A DNA stretch of 64,000 nt from a virus: the IMG/VR virus record IMGVR_UViG_3300038466_000014; one strand, written 5' to 3'. The notes under the pieces were generated by a model that worked only from the letters and a program-made list of their open reading frames with translations, was not told where the DNA came from and searched no databases. A program made the position numbers and the translations under genes. Positions 45,994 through 55,806 of this stretch are shown here, one piece after another. Each line of letters opens with the position of its first letter. Within the stretch, counting starts at the first letter, position 1.

Positions 45994-46701
45994 TTAAATA
46001 TTAATATGAAATGTATCGATGTCTTTTTTATACGAATCAGGATTTATATGTTCTCCAGAATGTCTACTCGAATCATTTTTACCATGAATAATTTGAATAT
46101 ACATCGGTATTGTATTATTCACGTTTACGACATCGAATGTCTTATGGACGCTTTGGTGGCCTTTTCGATTACCATATACGGTCGTAAACGGAATATTTGG
46201 TTTTCGGTTTTCTATGGAAGACAAAAATCCTGAAATCGAAGGATATGCGTGTTTAGTCCACGAATTAGTAACAGTATTGTATTTAAATCCATTTTTATAA
46301 TGAACCGCCACGTTGTCATTTGATCGGGATAAAAGATACTCCTGCACAGTGGAAATATATTTATCTGACAGACAATCGTCTGAATCGACTCGTGTCGTAA
46401 TCAGATATTCAGTATTCTTACTCACAAGAGAATTTACAAATTCACCAGTTTCAGACGAGCTTTCAAACGTTCTCTTGATATATAATGGAATATATCCCGG
46501 AAGACTTTCGGAAACATTCCTGTCTGTACTATCATCAAAAACAACTATCCATTTAAAATTCTTATTTAATTGGTTCATTATAGATGGATAACAAAACTTC
46601 TTAAATATATCAAACCTGTATAACAACCATTCATGAGACGGAACTTTTTTCTTAAATGCGACATTCATACGGGTCATAATAATGTGTTCAAAATTAGACA
46701 T
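45994..46701 (-). CDS. GT-A glycosyltransferase (putative rhamnosyltransferase-like)
   Basis: HIIMTRMN, FCYPSIMNQ..KNFKWIV and TTRVDSDD motifs. Confidence 0.75.
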   Translation of the reverse strand: MSNFEHIIMTRMNVAFKKKVPSHEWLLYRFDIFKKFCYPSIMNQLNKNFKWIVVFDDSTDRNVSESLPGYIPLYIKRTFESSSETGEFVNSLVSKNTEYLITTRVDSDDCLSDKYISTVQEYLLSRSNDNVAVHYKNGFKYNTVTNSWTKHAYPSISGFLSSIENRKPNIPFTTVYGNRKGHQSVHKTFDVVNVNNTIPMYIQIIHGKNDSSRHSGEHINPDSYKKDIDTFHINI

Positions 46702-46752
46702 TATATTTTCACCCCCCTCTATAAACAGATTTGGCGCATCCCGTTTTACGCG

Positions 46753-47004
46753 CTAATTACCAAGATAGATTCCCGGTTGTTTACGTTTATTGTTGGTTGT
46801 AAAATCAATAATAGCTGTAGAAATACTCTGATATCCGGTAGCCATAACCGCCCGGGCCATCGTGACAGGAACCCTTGGAACAGTAAGAACCCACCCATTC
46901 ATAAATGTGAATGTCAGTTCTGCCATTCCTTCTTCATGAGATGTAGATTCTTCATAGTTCTTTACATCCCCCTCGACAGTGATTCCTTTTGCAATGATTT
47001 TCAT
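46753..47004 (-). CDS. hypothetical protein
   Basis: GGAG SD. Confidence 0.6.
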   Translation of the reverse strand: MKIIAKGITVEGDVKNYEESTSHEEGMAELTFTFMNGWVLTVPRVPVTMARAVMATGYQSISTAIIDFTTNNKRKQPGIYLGN

Positions 47005-47066
47005 ACTTCAGTTCTCCGTGTTTTGTGTTTAACCAACGGAAACACCATGTTTCCGCATTCAAAGTC

Positions 47067-47663
47067 CTATGGTGTTATAAAATATTCTACAAACTTTGAC
47101 AGATCATAATTGTCTATGGTATTAATAGCAAACATTAACCAATGAGGCGCCCCGTATCTGGTTAGAAATCCAACGAGAGCATCTCTGGTAGTAGGAATTT
47201 TTTCATCATAAATATTTATATCGGGAAGTCTGCCTTTAAGATATTTAAGCAATCCGATAACATTAACTATCGATTCAGTATCCAAACTATCATCGAGAAA
47301 ATTCTTAAGAGTATTCAGACTATAAACATTGATAATCTCTTTTAAAACAGTAGACCAAAAAACACCATCAGATCCGTCAACGCTGTCTATTAAAAAATTA
47401 AATTCATATTTTGATATTCTTTTATCTGCTATTTTATCCAGAAGATCCCGCTGATCGTGTTGTAACAATGCTTCCACCATTATATCGTCCTGATCTTCTC
47501 CAGCATCTGAATGTAATAGATAATGACCAAGAATTACAGACTCATCTATCGACAACCTAAATTGCTCCTTTCTTTTAGGTATTATATCCCCTTTAAAATT
47601 TGTCCTGAACCTTATGGTAAAATTGGTTAAAAAATGGTTTGATTTGATTAGCCACTCCCCCAC
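47067..47663 (-). CDS. hypothetical protein
   Basis: Downstream of motif copy 6; start lies within a GC hairpin. Confidence 0.6.
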   Translation of the reverse strand: MGEWLIKSNHFLTNFTIRFRTNFKGDIIPKRKEQFRLSIDESVILGHYLLHSDAGEDQDDIMVEALLQHDQRDLLDKIADKRISKYEFNFLIDSVDGSDGVFWSTVLKEIINVYSLNTLKNFLDDSLDTESIVNVIGLLKYLKGRLPDINIYDEKIPTTRDALVGFLTRYGAPHWLMFAINTIDNYDLSKFVEYFITP

Positions 47664-47788
47664 CGGTATCGTGGCGGCGATTACCAGCAGGGGAGTGGCG
47701 CGGGGTTTACCCTTCAGACATGGATGGGATCGCGAACACCATCAATTTCACGGACCAATTCCGCAAAATCAATAATACTCTATCTTAT

Positions 47789-47808
47789 TATTTAATATAT
47801 ATAATAAA
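47789..47808 (-). promoter_or_regulatory. Conserved 20-bp motif, copy 6
   Basis: Exact copy. Confidence 0.6.
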
Positions 47809-47834
47809 CTTGTATTTTTTAATAAAATTATAAA

Positions 47835-48524
47835 TTATTCCTCGTATATACAGGATTCGATACCACCATCTCCGGAAAATGTCAATTCAGCGTCCCAGGT
47901 GTATTTATTCCATCGAACCACTCTGTTTTTAAGAGCATTGGAGCATCTAAGTTCCGATTCCTTATCTATAATTATATATTCCGGAAATAGTCCGGCTTTA
48001 TCTTTATGTTTAGTCCATTTATATTCAGAGGTTAACCATAAATTTTTATCTTTGTGATGTATATAATAATCAGGCACCCTGATTTCATTATCAACATTTT
48101 CTATATATTCCTCGGAAATTAATCCCTGTTCTCCGGTGGAAGGATCGTAATCCCATGAATTCGATATTCTTATAAGACCACACCTCGGGCAAATTTCTTT
48201 CGAGATGACTCCTCCACCGTTACCCCATGTTCTACAATGAGGACCATCGTCGGCCCATCTATGTCCACGCTCCGAATAACATTTAATTACATCAGGTTCT
48301 ATTTCTATTCTATAACTACCTATATATTTTTTATGATTTGAGTGTAATCCATGCATAATCACATTTTTCTCTTTTCTCCATCCGCCCCATACATAAATAC
48401 GCACCCATGATGTTTTGGTATTTATTCCCCAATCACCACCATCGACATATTTTTCCGCCGCTTCTTTAGGATTTGAAGCCTCGATCATCATACTGTAATT
48501 TCCATCATCAGCCACATAAAACAT
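47835..48524 (-). CDS. hypothetical phage protein
   Basis: Minus-strand ORF with CPRCG. Confidence 0.65.
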   Translation of the reverse strand: MFYVADDGNYSMMIEASNPKEAAEKYVDGGDWGINTKTSWVRIYVWGGWRKEKNVIMHGLHSNHKKYIGSYRIEIEPDVIKCYSERGHRWADDGPHCRTWGNGGGVISKEICPRCGLIRISNSWDYDPSTGEQGLISEEYIENVDNEIRVPDYYIHHKDKNLWLTSEYKWTKHKDKAGLFPEYIIIDKESELRCSNALKNRVVRWNKYTWDAELTFSGDGGIESCIYEE

Positions 48525-48651
48525 GACAAATACCCCCCAATAAAAATGTACTACGGTTATTCATGTAAAACTCCTAAATAAAAAATTTGTTAATGACCTA
48601 ATTGAATCATATGAAAACATATTATTCATCAACCGTTTCATATATCATTGT

Positions 48652-48671
48652 TATTTAATATATATAATAAA
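48652..48671 (-). promoter_or_regulatory. Conserved 20-bp motif, copy 7
   Basis: Exact copy, just after the RNAP beta stop. Confidence 0.6.
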
Positions 48672-48714
48672 ATATACGTGTATACGTATATATTATTATT
48701 TATATAGGAATCCG

Positions 48715-51700
48715 TTATATACTTTCGAGCATAATAGCAATCATATACTGCTGCATCATATCTCTTACCGGATTGGTCTTTGGATACTTAAATTCACAAG
48801 AACCTCGGTTAACTATATCTCCAATTAGTTCGTTTTTAGTGGCATGATCCGAAGATAACGCACCGAAGAACTCCTCAATACATATGGGACAATCCCACGA
48901 CAAAAGACCGTATAAATCCCATTCTCCGACAGCCTGTCCACCCTCTCTCTTTTTGCCCTGGGTAGGAGCCATTGTTCTACTGACGTATTTTCCAGTTGAA
49001 CGGGAAGCCATCTTCTTTTCAGATAGGTGCTCCAGTTTAGTTTCATATAAATATCCAACCAATACTTTCTCTTTCGTCTTTCCATATCCTGGAATATCAA
49101 GTACATATCTTGGGGACAAATCCATTACATTTAAAGCCTTTAAAATATCAGATCTCTTCGGAGTTTTAAACGGTGGAAACACTAATGGGAAAAATTTCTT
49201 TTTATAGATATAATTTTTAATCTTGTCATATTCTTCTTTGGACATAGACTTGAATTTAGAAATCATACTTTTACTCATCTGTTTATTTTGTGTTCCATCC
49301 AATAAAGTAATAACCTTGCTAAATGTGTCCATAAATCGTTCTTTTGTTTCTGTGCCCATCATAATAGACAATTTCCTACCAATCATAGTACAGTGCATCT
49401 CAATCACCTGATTTAGATTCATACGGTTAATAACACCAAGCGGATTCAGAATAAGATCTACTCTGTCTCCCCATGGAAGTTTGGGCATATTTGCGTCTTT
49501 TTCTATAATTGACACTACACCCTTATTGAAAAATCTGTTATTCAATTTATCGCCTTTCATCAACATAAAGTTTTGCTGTATGATAAATTTAACCAAGATA
49601 CCTTCAAATGATTCGTTCTTTTCCTTAAACGATCCTTGTGGATATTTCCCATTAGATTTAACAAATCTCTTTTTAAACCGGTCATATGCCGGAACGAGTT
49701 TTTCAGGTATTTTGTCTATGTTCGCATATATCTCGATATTTAAAATCTTTCCACCTTCTGTTCTTAATCTTTTATAAGACTCAACATCATAGACCGCATT
49801 GGAATAAGATAATATGATATCACCTTTCTTAAATGATTCTCCTTCATCTGCTATAAATACTACATCCTCATCTTCTGCTATGTACACAAACTCTTCGAGG
49901 ATGTGCATAGAGGTATATTTCTTTGCGGCACTTTCAGAAATAACCACCGCATCTTCGTAATTATATCCTTTCCACGGCATAAGAGCAGTAAGCATATGAA
50001 CACCCAGAGCGATCTGTCCATCTCTTACACCACTACCTTCGGCGATCACATCACCCTTCTTTACAATTTGTCCGCTAACTACCGTGGGAGAAAATACGCT
50101 TATTCCGTTTTTTCCCTGTCCGCTCTTTAATAATCGTGGTTTTATATCAACATTAACTATTTTTTTGTCCGGGGTCAATATCGAAATATGATCCTTTGTT
50201 ATATTGGCAACGGTTCCGGAAACCTTTGTTTTCTTTATAAAATCATCACTAAGCAATGGTACGAGAGAGGCATCGAATCCCGTACTTACACAAGGCGGCT
50301 CCGCGTCCAGTAGCGGTATAGCCTGTTTTATCTGTCCAGACGCCATCAGTACCCGGTTTCCGTCACAAGACTCTGCGAAAGGAATCATAGCCGGTGAAGC
50401 ACTTAGCATTCCTACACCCGACACCATATTCGGATCTTTTATAGCAAATTGTCCTCTTTTACTGGCAAGAGATGTTCCAATAGACAAATGCTGAACTATA
50501 CCAATTCCAGGGCCGTCTGGGGTTTCCAACGGATCTATATTTCCAAAATATGTATCGTGAATATTCATAGACTCTTTTGTAATTGCCCGTTTATCCGGAA
50601 TTCCTCCAATACCAACGGGGGTTACTCTGGTCATCATTGATAACTCTTCAACTGGATTGATATTCTCTAATAACTGGACATTCTGTGATGTAATAACCTC
50701 CGAAAACGCTTTAGTAGGATTAAACTGAAATTTAGCGTTTTCGTCTCCACCTAATTTCTTTGCAAGATATTCGTTGTACGCGGCGTTTACCTGTTTTGAA
50801 ATTAATGCGGCGAACACTTCGGCGGTACGTATTCTTTGTTTTTCAAGGGAATTACGATCATCAACCACTCCCTGAACAACCTTGGAAGATATATAGTGGA
50901 TAATACTAACCAGATCTGAAGGATCCCCGTGTGTTTTTAAAACTTCAACTTCTATAGGCGTCAATATATTATTCCAAACCTCATCTAATATATATATTGA
51001 ATTACGTGTACCAGTCATCGATGAAACAACGCTTCTCCAAAATTCATCATCTTTTAAATCCGATTCGGACATATCTTTAGGAATATCCGGCAGAGCATAT
51101 CCAAATGAATTTACAAGCTGTTGTCCTTCTTCATTGTTGAATTGGAATGTAAGATAATTGTCTCCGATCTTAAATGTTTTAGTATTATCCGAGTCTACGG
51201 CGGGTCTTTTATCCCTGAAGTAATATTGAATATTAAACAATTTCAATAGGTTATCAAATCCAATTTTATAAGCACATATTGGAAACATAGGCAGTTTATA
51301 TCCACCGACAAATATCATCAAATACGACCCGGCTTTTACAGCCTTACTCATAATTGTCAATGTAGAATACACGGTGGATAACTGACCATAATATGGTTTA
51401 AAAAAGAATATAGGATATGTTATCATTTGATTAATTAATATCCTTGATCTTCCATTAATTAAAAATGTTCCATTATCAGTAAGATGCGGAAGATCAATAT
51501 AGGTCTCATGAATAATTCCGTCTGGATCTGCTATACGGATATTATATCTGTCCTTAATTGTAGGATTAAGTTCGGAGACCGGAGTCCTCATGACATCTTT
51601 TCGGAGCGATACTACTTTAAAAGGAATCTGTTTCTTCTCAAGAGACGTAAATATATTTGTGATATCCTGTTCCAGTCCTTCGTTAAAATCAAATCGCCTT

Positions 51701-52755
51701 TTTTCATATATATGTTCCGGGGTTTCATTCTCCAACAATTTAGGAATATCATACATTCTTAAAACCGGATTATTTGTATGGACTATAGCATCGTTTTTCT
51801 TAACTATCTGAGCCGAGTATTTCTCAATAACCCGCAAATGTTGATCCCTATTCAGTCTCTCTGAAATTTTTTCGACCTTATCGGTATCTCTTGTCACATG
51901 ATAGAGAACGGCTTTGGAAGAAGATTTAATTGGATCGGTTTTTACAATATTGTCCGGACTTACCCGTGCGTATGCTTTTAACGCGGTGTTTATTTCCGGC
52001 GCGTATCTGGACAGATCTTCATTATGCTTAACGACATTTTTAATAATATCCTTTCGCACTTTTTCTTTTTCCTCATCATCATAGTCCACCAAATCATCGA
52101 AATAATTTAATCTCATAATCATACTCTTCATTCTCGGTAAATCTACTTTCTGTCCTTTTTCATAAAACTTATAATATTTTCCTTCATCCTTATTATAAAG
52201 AAAGATAAACCAATAATCAAATGGAAAAGTACCTTCCATAATAGAATTATAAAAACTGAAAATTCTTTTATAAAAAAATAAGTCGGGAATTGGTTTCTCC
52301 GTATTTATAGCATACATCAACACTCTGCTATGGGTATCGTTTGGAATTCCATTGGCGATCCCGATTGCATTATCCATAAATTTTTTAGCTTTGCCAGTAC
52401 TAAAATTCTCAAGTTTGTATTTAGTAATACCCATTTGAGTATACCAACTCATATCTATATAATAATTAATATTTGTATATTTTTCGTATTCTCCAATCTG
52501 CATCGAAACCGGTCTAAGCATATGAGATTTAATAAGTTTTTTTAGGGAAGGCACCAGTCTGGTAACCGGTTTTTTAGTTATCGGAACCATTAAATAATTA
52601 ACCCACGAAGGTTTAATCTTCATATACTGATACGCATCTAAAAAATATGAATTTTCAGAAAAGTACATAATCGAAAAATGTTTTTTGTTTATACCGGAAG
52701 TTGGTATTTCCAACCGTTTCTGAGGAACAAATAATTTAAACTTGTCTATACGCAT
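48715..52755 (-). CDS. Phage multisubunit RNA polymerase beta subunit (unsplit, N-terminal extension)
   Basis: NGTFLINGRSRILINQ, ETPDGPGIG, DGNRVLM, GYNYEDAVVISE, GDKL...NKGV, NPLGVINRMN and GQAVGEWD motifs. Confidence 0.93.
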   Translation of the reverse strand: MRIDKFKLFVPQKRLEIPTSGINKKHFSIMYFSENSYFLDAYQYMKIKPSWVNYLMVPITKKPVTRLVPSLKKLIKSHMLRPVSMQIGEYEKYTNINYYIDMSWYTQMGITKYKLENFSTGKAKKFMDNAIGIANGIPNDTHSRVLMYAINTEKPIPDLFFYKRIFSFYNSIMEGTFPFDYWFIFLYNKDEGKYYKFYEKGQKVDLPRMKSMIMRLNYFDDLVDYDDEEKEKVRKDIIKNVVKHNEDLSRYAPEINTALKAYARVSPDNIVKTDPIKSSSKAVLYHVTRDTDKVEKISERLNRDQHLRVIEKYSAQIVKKNDAIVHTNNPVLRMYDIPKLLENETPEHIYEKRRFDFNEGLEQDITNIFTSLEKKQIPFKVVSLRKDVMRTPVSELNPTIKDRYNIRIADPDGIIHETYIDLPHLTDNGTFLINGRSRILINQMITYPIFFFKPYYGQLSTVYSTLTIMSKAVKAGSYLMIFVGGYKLPMFPICAYKIGFDNLLKLFNIQYYFRDKRPAVDSDNTKTFKIGDNYLTFQFNNEEGQQLVNSFGYALPDIPKDMSESDLKDDEFWRSVVSSMTGTRNSIYILDEVWNNILTPIEVEVLKTHGDPSDLVSIIHYISSKVVQGVVDDRNSLEKQRIRTAEVFAALISKQVNAAYNEYLAKKLGGDENAKFQFNPTKAFSEVITSQNVQLLENINPVEELSMMTRVTPVGIGGIPDKRAITKESMNIHDTYFGNIDPLETPDGPGIGIVQHLSIGTSLASKRGQFAIKDPNMVSGVGMLSASPAMIPFAESCDGNRVLMASGQIKQAIPLLDAEPPCVSTGFDASLVPLLSDDFIKKTKVSGTVANITKDHISILTPDKKIVNVDIKPRLLKSGQGKNGISVFSPTVVSGQIVKKGDVIAEGSGVRDGQIALGVHMLTALMPWKGYNYEDAVVISESAAKKYTSMHILEEFVYIAEDEDVVFIADEGESFKKGDIILSYSNAVYDVESYKRLRTEGGKILNIEIYANIDKIPEKLVPAYDRFKKRFVKSNGKYPQGSFKEKNESFEGILVKFIIQQNFMLMKGDKLNNRFFNKGVVSIIEKDANMPKLPWGDRVDLILNPLGVINRMNLNQVIEMHCTMIGRKLSIMMGTETKERFMDTFSKVITLLDGTQNKQMSKSMISKFKSMSKEEYDKIKNYIYKKKFFPLVFPPFKTPKRSDILKALNVMDLSPRYVLDIPGYGKTKEKVLVGYLYETKLEHLSEKKMASRSTGKYVSRTMAPTQGKKREGGQAVGEWDLYGLLSWDCPICIEEFFGALSSDHATKNELIGDIVNRGSCEFKYPKTNPVRDMMQQYMIAIMLESI

Positions 52756-52783
52756 AATAAATTTATTCCTTCATTGAGAATAA

Positions 52784-54286
52784 TTATTTCTTAATTTTAC
52801 CGTCTTTGTCAACGTCAAGCAACGGCTCTCCAAAAAACACTTTTTCTATTGGAGAAGACGGCCCGCGATCTGAAATTAATCCGGCTGATATGGCGGCATT
52901 AAAATTCTCAAAGCATATACCAAGGGGCCATGAAATTAAAGACGGGAGAGTTTTAATTGAATGCAATTCATATTCATATGGTTCGACCAACCTTGCCGGT
53001 TTCTGCGGATTCTTCTTATTTCTAAGTATATTGGAAAGAATAACTTCTATATGCACACTATCATAAGGCTCGTCAAACGCATATAAAGATCTCATGAATT
53101 TTAGATATAAACTTGATGGATCGAAAGATGGGCTTTTACCTCCTACCAGACCATCCATTACCTGTGCGAGCTTTGTATAATCTTTAGGAACCGGATATAC
53201 AGTATACATTTTTTCACCATCTCCATAGAGTATATTTATATATCTCGAATCTTCTTCAATATTCTCTTTATCTTTTGGAAGATGAATGATTGTCTCTTGT
53301 TCTATACTTGACCGGATAACAAGATCATTATATTTCAACTCAAAATATCCCACTGGTAATAGTAATTCGCCTTCTTTTCTTGTAATAGGAGAAGATTTTT
53401 TATAAATACTCTTATCAATAGATATGACGATCATTTCGGTCTTGGCGTACAACGAATAGTCTACCTGGGATACTCCCTTCATAACATCTTTTCTTAAATG
53501 CTCATCTGTATTGACCATCAACTCTTCTTTTAAATTAATCGCCCTAAGAGATATACTTCCGCCCAAATGGAAGCTGTTGTGTGTTTGTACTGATCCAATC
53601 ATAAATTCTTCAGAAGATGTCTTTATATCGTATACCGGAAACTTATATTTTTTACATATATTGGTTTTCTTAACAGGAACATATCCCGTTATTTTCGGAA
53701 TACTATTTTCGAGTTTACTGAGCTTATATAAGAACCAGCATCCGCACGGTTTGTCGTGGGAGCATTCTATTTCAAAACTATAATTATCTAATTTGTCACA
53801 AATTGTTTTTAATTGGGATAAGAAATTAATACTACAAATAGAAAACGCCCACGGAGTAAAAAATTTTATAAATTCCTCTAACCAATCATTTTTAAATGAA
53901 TAAAACTGCGGATGTAGTCTGAAATTGCTAAAGTTGCCCTTAATATACTTATCATCCATATTAATGTTTCTATTGGTAGCCACGAGATGTATCTTTTCAA
54001 ACATATCCTCGGGGCTTATATCGGGTACAATTTCTTTTTCAGGAATTGGATAATCATTATTTACATATATAGAATCAAACGAGGTTATTTTACCGGCTTC
54101 TTTAATATGCAGTCCCGCTACTGGATGAACAACTATAACGGGATGATCTGTTTGACAAAATAAAAAGTGTCCAGACTCCAGACCGATTAAAATCATTGGA
54201 GATGATGGATTGTGTTGTTGGATTGTTTTCCCTAATACAAATCCATCTTTACCACAAACATTTAAAGAAATATTTTTAGATTCCAA
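52784..54286 (-). CDS. RNAP beta-prime part 4, preceded by long C-intein 2 (53576-54286)
   Basis: CQTDHP (block B), VYDIKT...VQTHN/SFHLGG; C-terminal HIEVILSNIL and CFENFNAAISAGL. Confidence 0.85.
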   Translation of the reverse strand: MESKNISLNVCGKDGFVLGKTIQQHNPSSPMILIGLESGHFLFCQTDHPVIVVHPVAGLHIKEAGKITSFDSIYVNNDYPIPEKEIVPDISPEDMFEKIHLVATNRNINMDDKYIKGNFSNFRLHPQFYSFKNDWLEEFIKFFTPWAFSICSINFLSQLKTICDKLDNYSFEIECSHDKPCGCWFLYKLSKLENSIPKITGYVPVKKTNICKKYKFPVYDIKTSSEEFMIGSVQTHNSFHLGGSISLRAINLKEELMVNTDEHLRKDVMKGVSQVDYSLYAKTEMIVISIDKSIYKKSSPITRKEGELLLPVGYFELKYNDLVIRSSIEQETIIHLPKDKENIEEDSRYINILYGDGEKMYTVYPVPKDYTKLAQVMDGLVGGKSPSFDPSSLYLKFMRSLYAFDEPYDSVHIEVILSNILRNKKNPQKPARLVEPYEYELHSIKTLPSLISWPLGICFENFNAAISAGLISDRGPSSPIEKVFFGEPLLDVDKDGKIKK

Positions 54287-54409
54287 TTGAAATATACTCT
54301 CCTTTCCGTGAGAAGTATAAATTGATAAAGGGTGAGTAATAAAATCTATATACTTATCTTATAACAAATGCGAATAATAATCCTATTATTAAAGCACATA
54401 AAATATCTT

Positions 54410-55801
54410 CTACAACTCTTCCCATGCTGTGTTTTCCCATACATCATCAAATGTCACAAATCCTTTGGTATCAGAATGGATCATACCTACACTGCATTTC
54501 ATGATCCTCTCCGAGAGGTTTGTTACTGATGACGCAAGAACACCAATGTTTCTTGAACGTACTTGTTGGAACAGATTACCATAACACACAGGACACACAT
54601 CTCTGGTCTTACAGAATACGGGAGATCTTATTTCCACAGTTTTTCCGATCATTTTTTCTGAAATAGGTTCATATTTATCTACACCTGTAATAACATTTCT
54701 TCCTCCCATTTTATCGAATATCTCTTTCGTAAGTTTAACCTTTAATCCTCTTCGCGTTCCACAGTTTTTGACCTCTTTATTCAGCATAACATCGGAAACT
54801 ATATACAAGGTCTTTCTTGCACTATAACCGCCAAATGCAGTATTCAAAGCCCTGTCTATTGTACCTTTTCTTGATCCGGCGGAAGCTTTAAAATACTCTT
54901 CTGGGGTATATCCTTCCGCGAGAGATCTTGTAATAGGAGGTAGAACGTTTCCTTTCGGATCCGATATCAAACCTTTGGCAACCATAATCTGTCTAATCTG
55001 CTCTTTACCCTTGGATGCTCCGGAAGCTACTTGAATATATAGATCAGGATGGGCTATTTTTAGAAAGTCTACAAGTTCATCTTCCATCTCACTAATAATT
55101 TTTGATTGTTTACCAACATCTTTCTCTTTTGCCAGATCCAGTTTTAACTGCTCCAATTTAGGAGAAATAGTCATCATATCCAAAGAAAAAGATAACGGAT
55201 GTTGAGTGGCATACTTAAACGCAAGTCTCATAAGAACATCAATGGTTTTAACAAAATCCGCCTGATTTTTAGATATGACCTGCTGCATAAGTCTTTTCAA
55301 TTGTTTTTTGTCTACTGGATAATCCACGTATGGAAACCACTCGGGCAACGTATTGTTAAATAAAATTTTACCAACAGTTGTTCTTCTTTTAGCTCCTTTA
55401 TAATCAATTATTATATTATGACCAATATCATATTTGGAAATGTCCTGAATCTTGTTAATAGTGGTCGGATGGTTCTTATCGTCATAATATGTCAATGTAA
55501 ACACACCTGTAATCATCTCTTGAGTAAGGCTAAAGTTCATATCGTTTGTATGATTGGCTCCAGTAGCGGAAACCATCTGGGTTTTAATTTCCTGTTGGGC
55601 CTCCTCACTAAGAACAGCGAAGACCGCCATGGTGTCTTCTACAAACACCCCATCGAATGTACTAAATGTAAAATTATTCTTTACAGTCATATCACATCCT
55701 TTAGTCTTATTTTTATCGTATATAATCTCGATCTCAAAAGCTGGAATCAGTTCTATGTTCTTAAAATTATATTTTGATGAATGCATAATAGAAACAATCA
55801 T
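54410..55801 (-). CDS. C-intein 1 (55634-55801) + RNAP beta-prime part 3 + short N-intein 2 (54410-54496)
   Basis: CDMTVKNNFTFSTFDGVFVED/TMAVF; TTVGKILFN, SGASKG, EEYFKASAGSRKGTIDRA, RSPVFC...CPVCYG, SERIMK/CSVG. Confidence 0.88.
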   Translation of the reverse strand: MIVSIMHSSKYNFKNIELIPAFEIEIIYDKNKTKGCDMTVKNNFTFSTFDGVFVEDTMAVFAVLSEEAQQEIKTQMVSATGANHTNDMNFSLTQEMITGVFTLTYYDDKNHPTTINKIQDISKYDIGHNIIIDYKGAKRRTTVGKILFNNTLPEWFPYVDYPVDKKQLKRLMQQVISKNQADFVKTIDVLMRLAFKYATQHPLSFSLDMMTISPKLEQLKLDLAKEKDVGKQSKIISEMEDELVDFLKIAHPDLYIQVASGASKGKEQIRQIMVAKGLISDPKGNVLPPITRSLAEGYTPEEYFKASAGSRKGTIDRALNTAFGGYSARKTLYIVSDVMLNKEVKNCGTRRGLKVKLTKEIFDKMGGRNVITGVDKYEPISEKMIGKTVEIRSPVFCKTRDVCPVCYGNLFQQVRSRNIGVLASSVTNLSERIMKCSVGMIHSDTKGFVTFDDVWENTAWEEL

Positions 55802-55806
55802 CCTCC

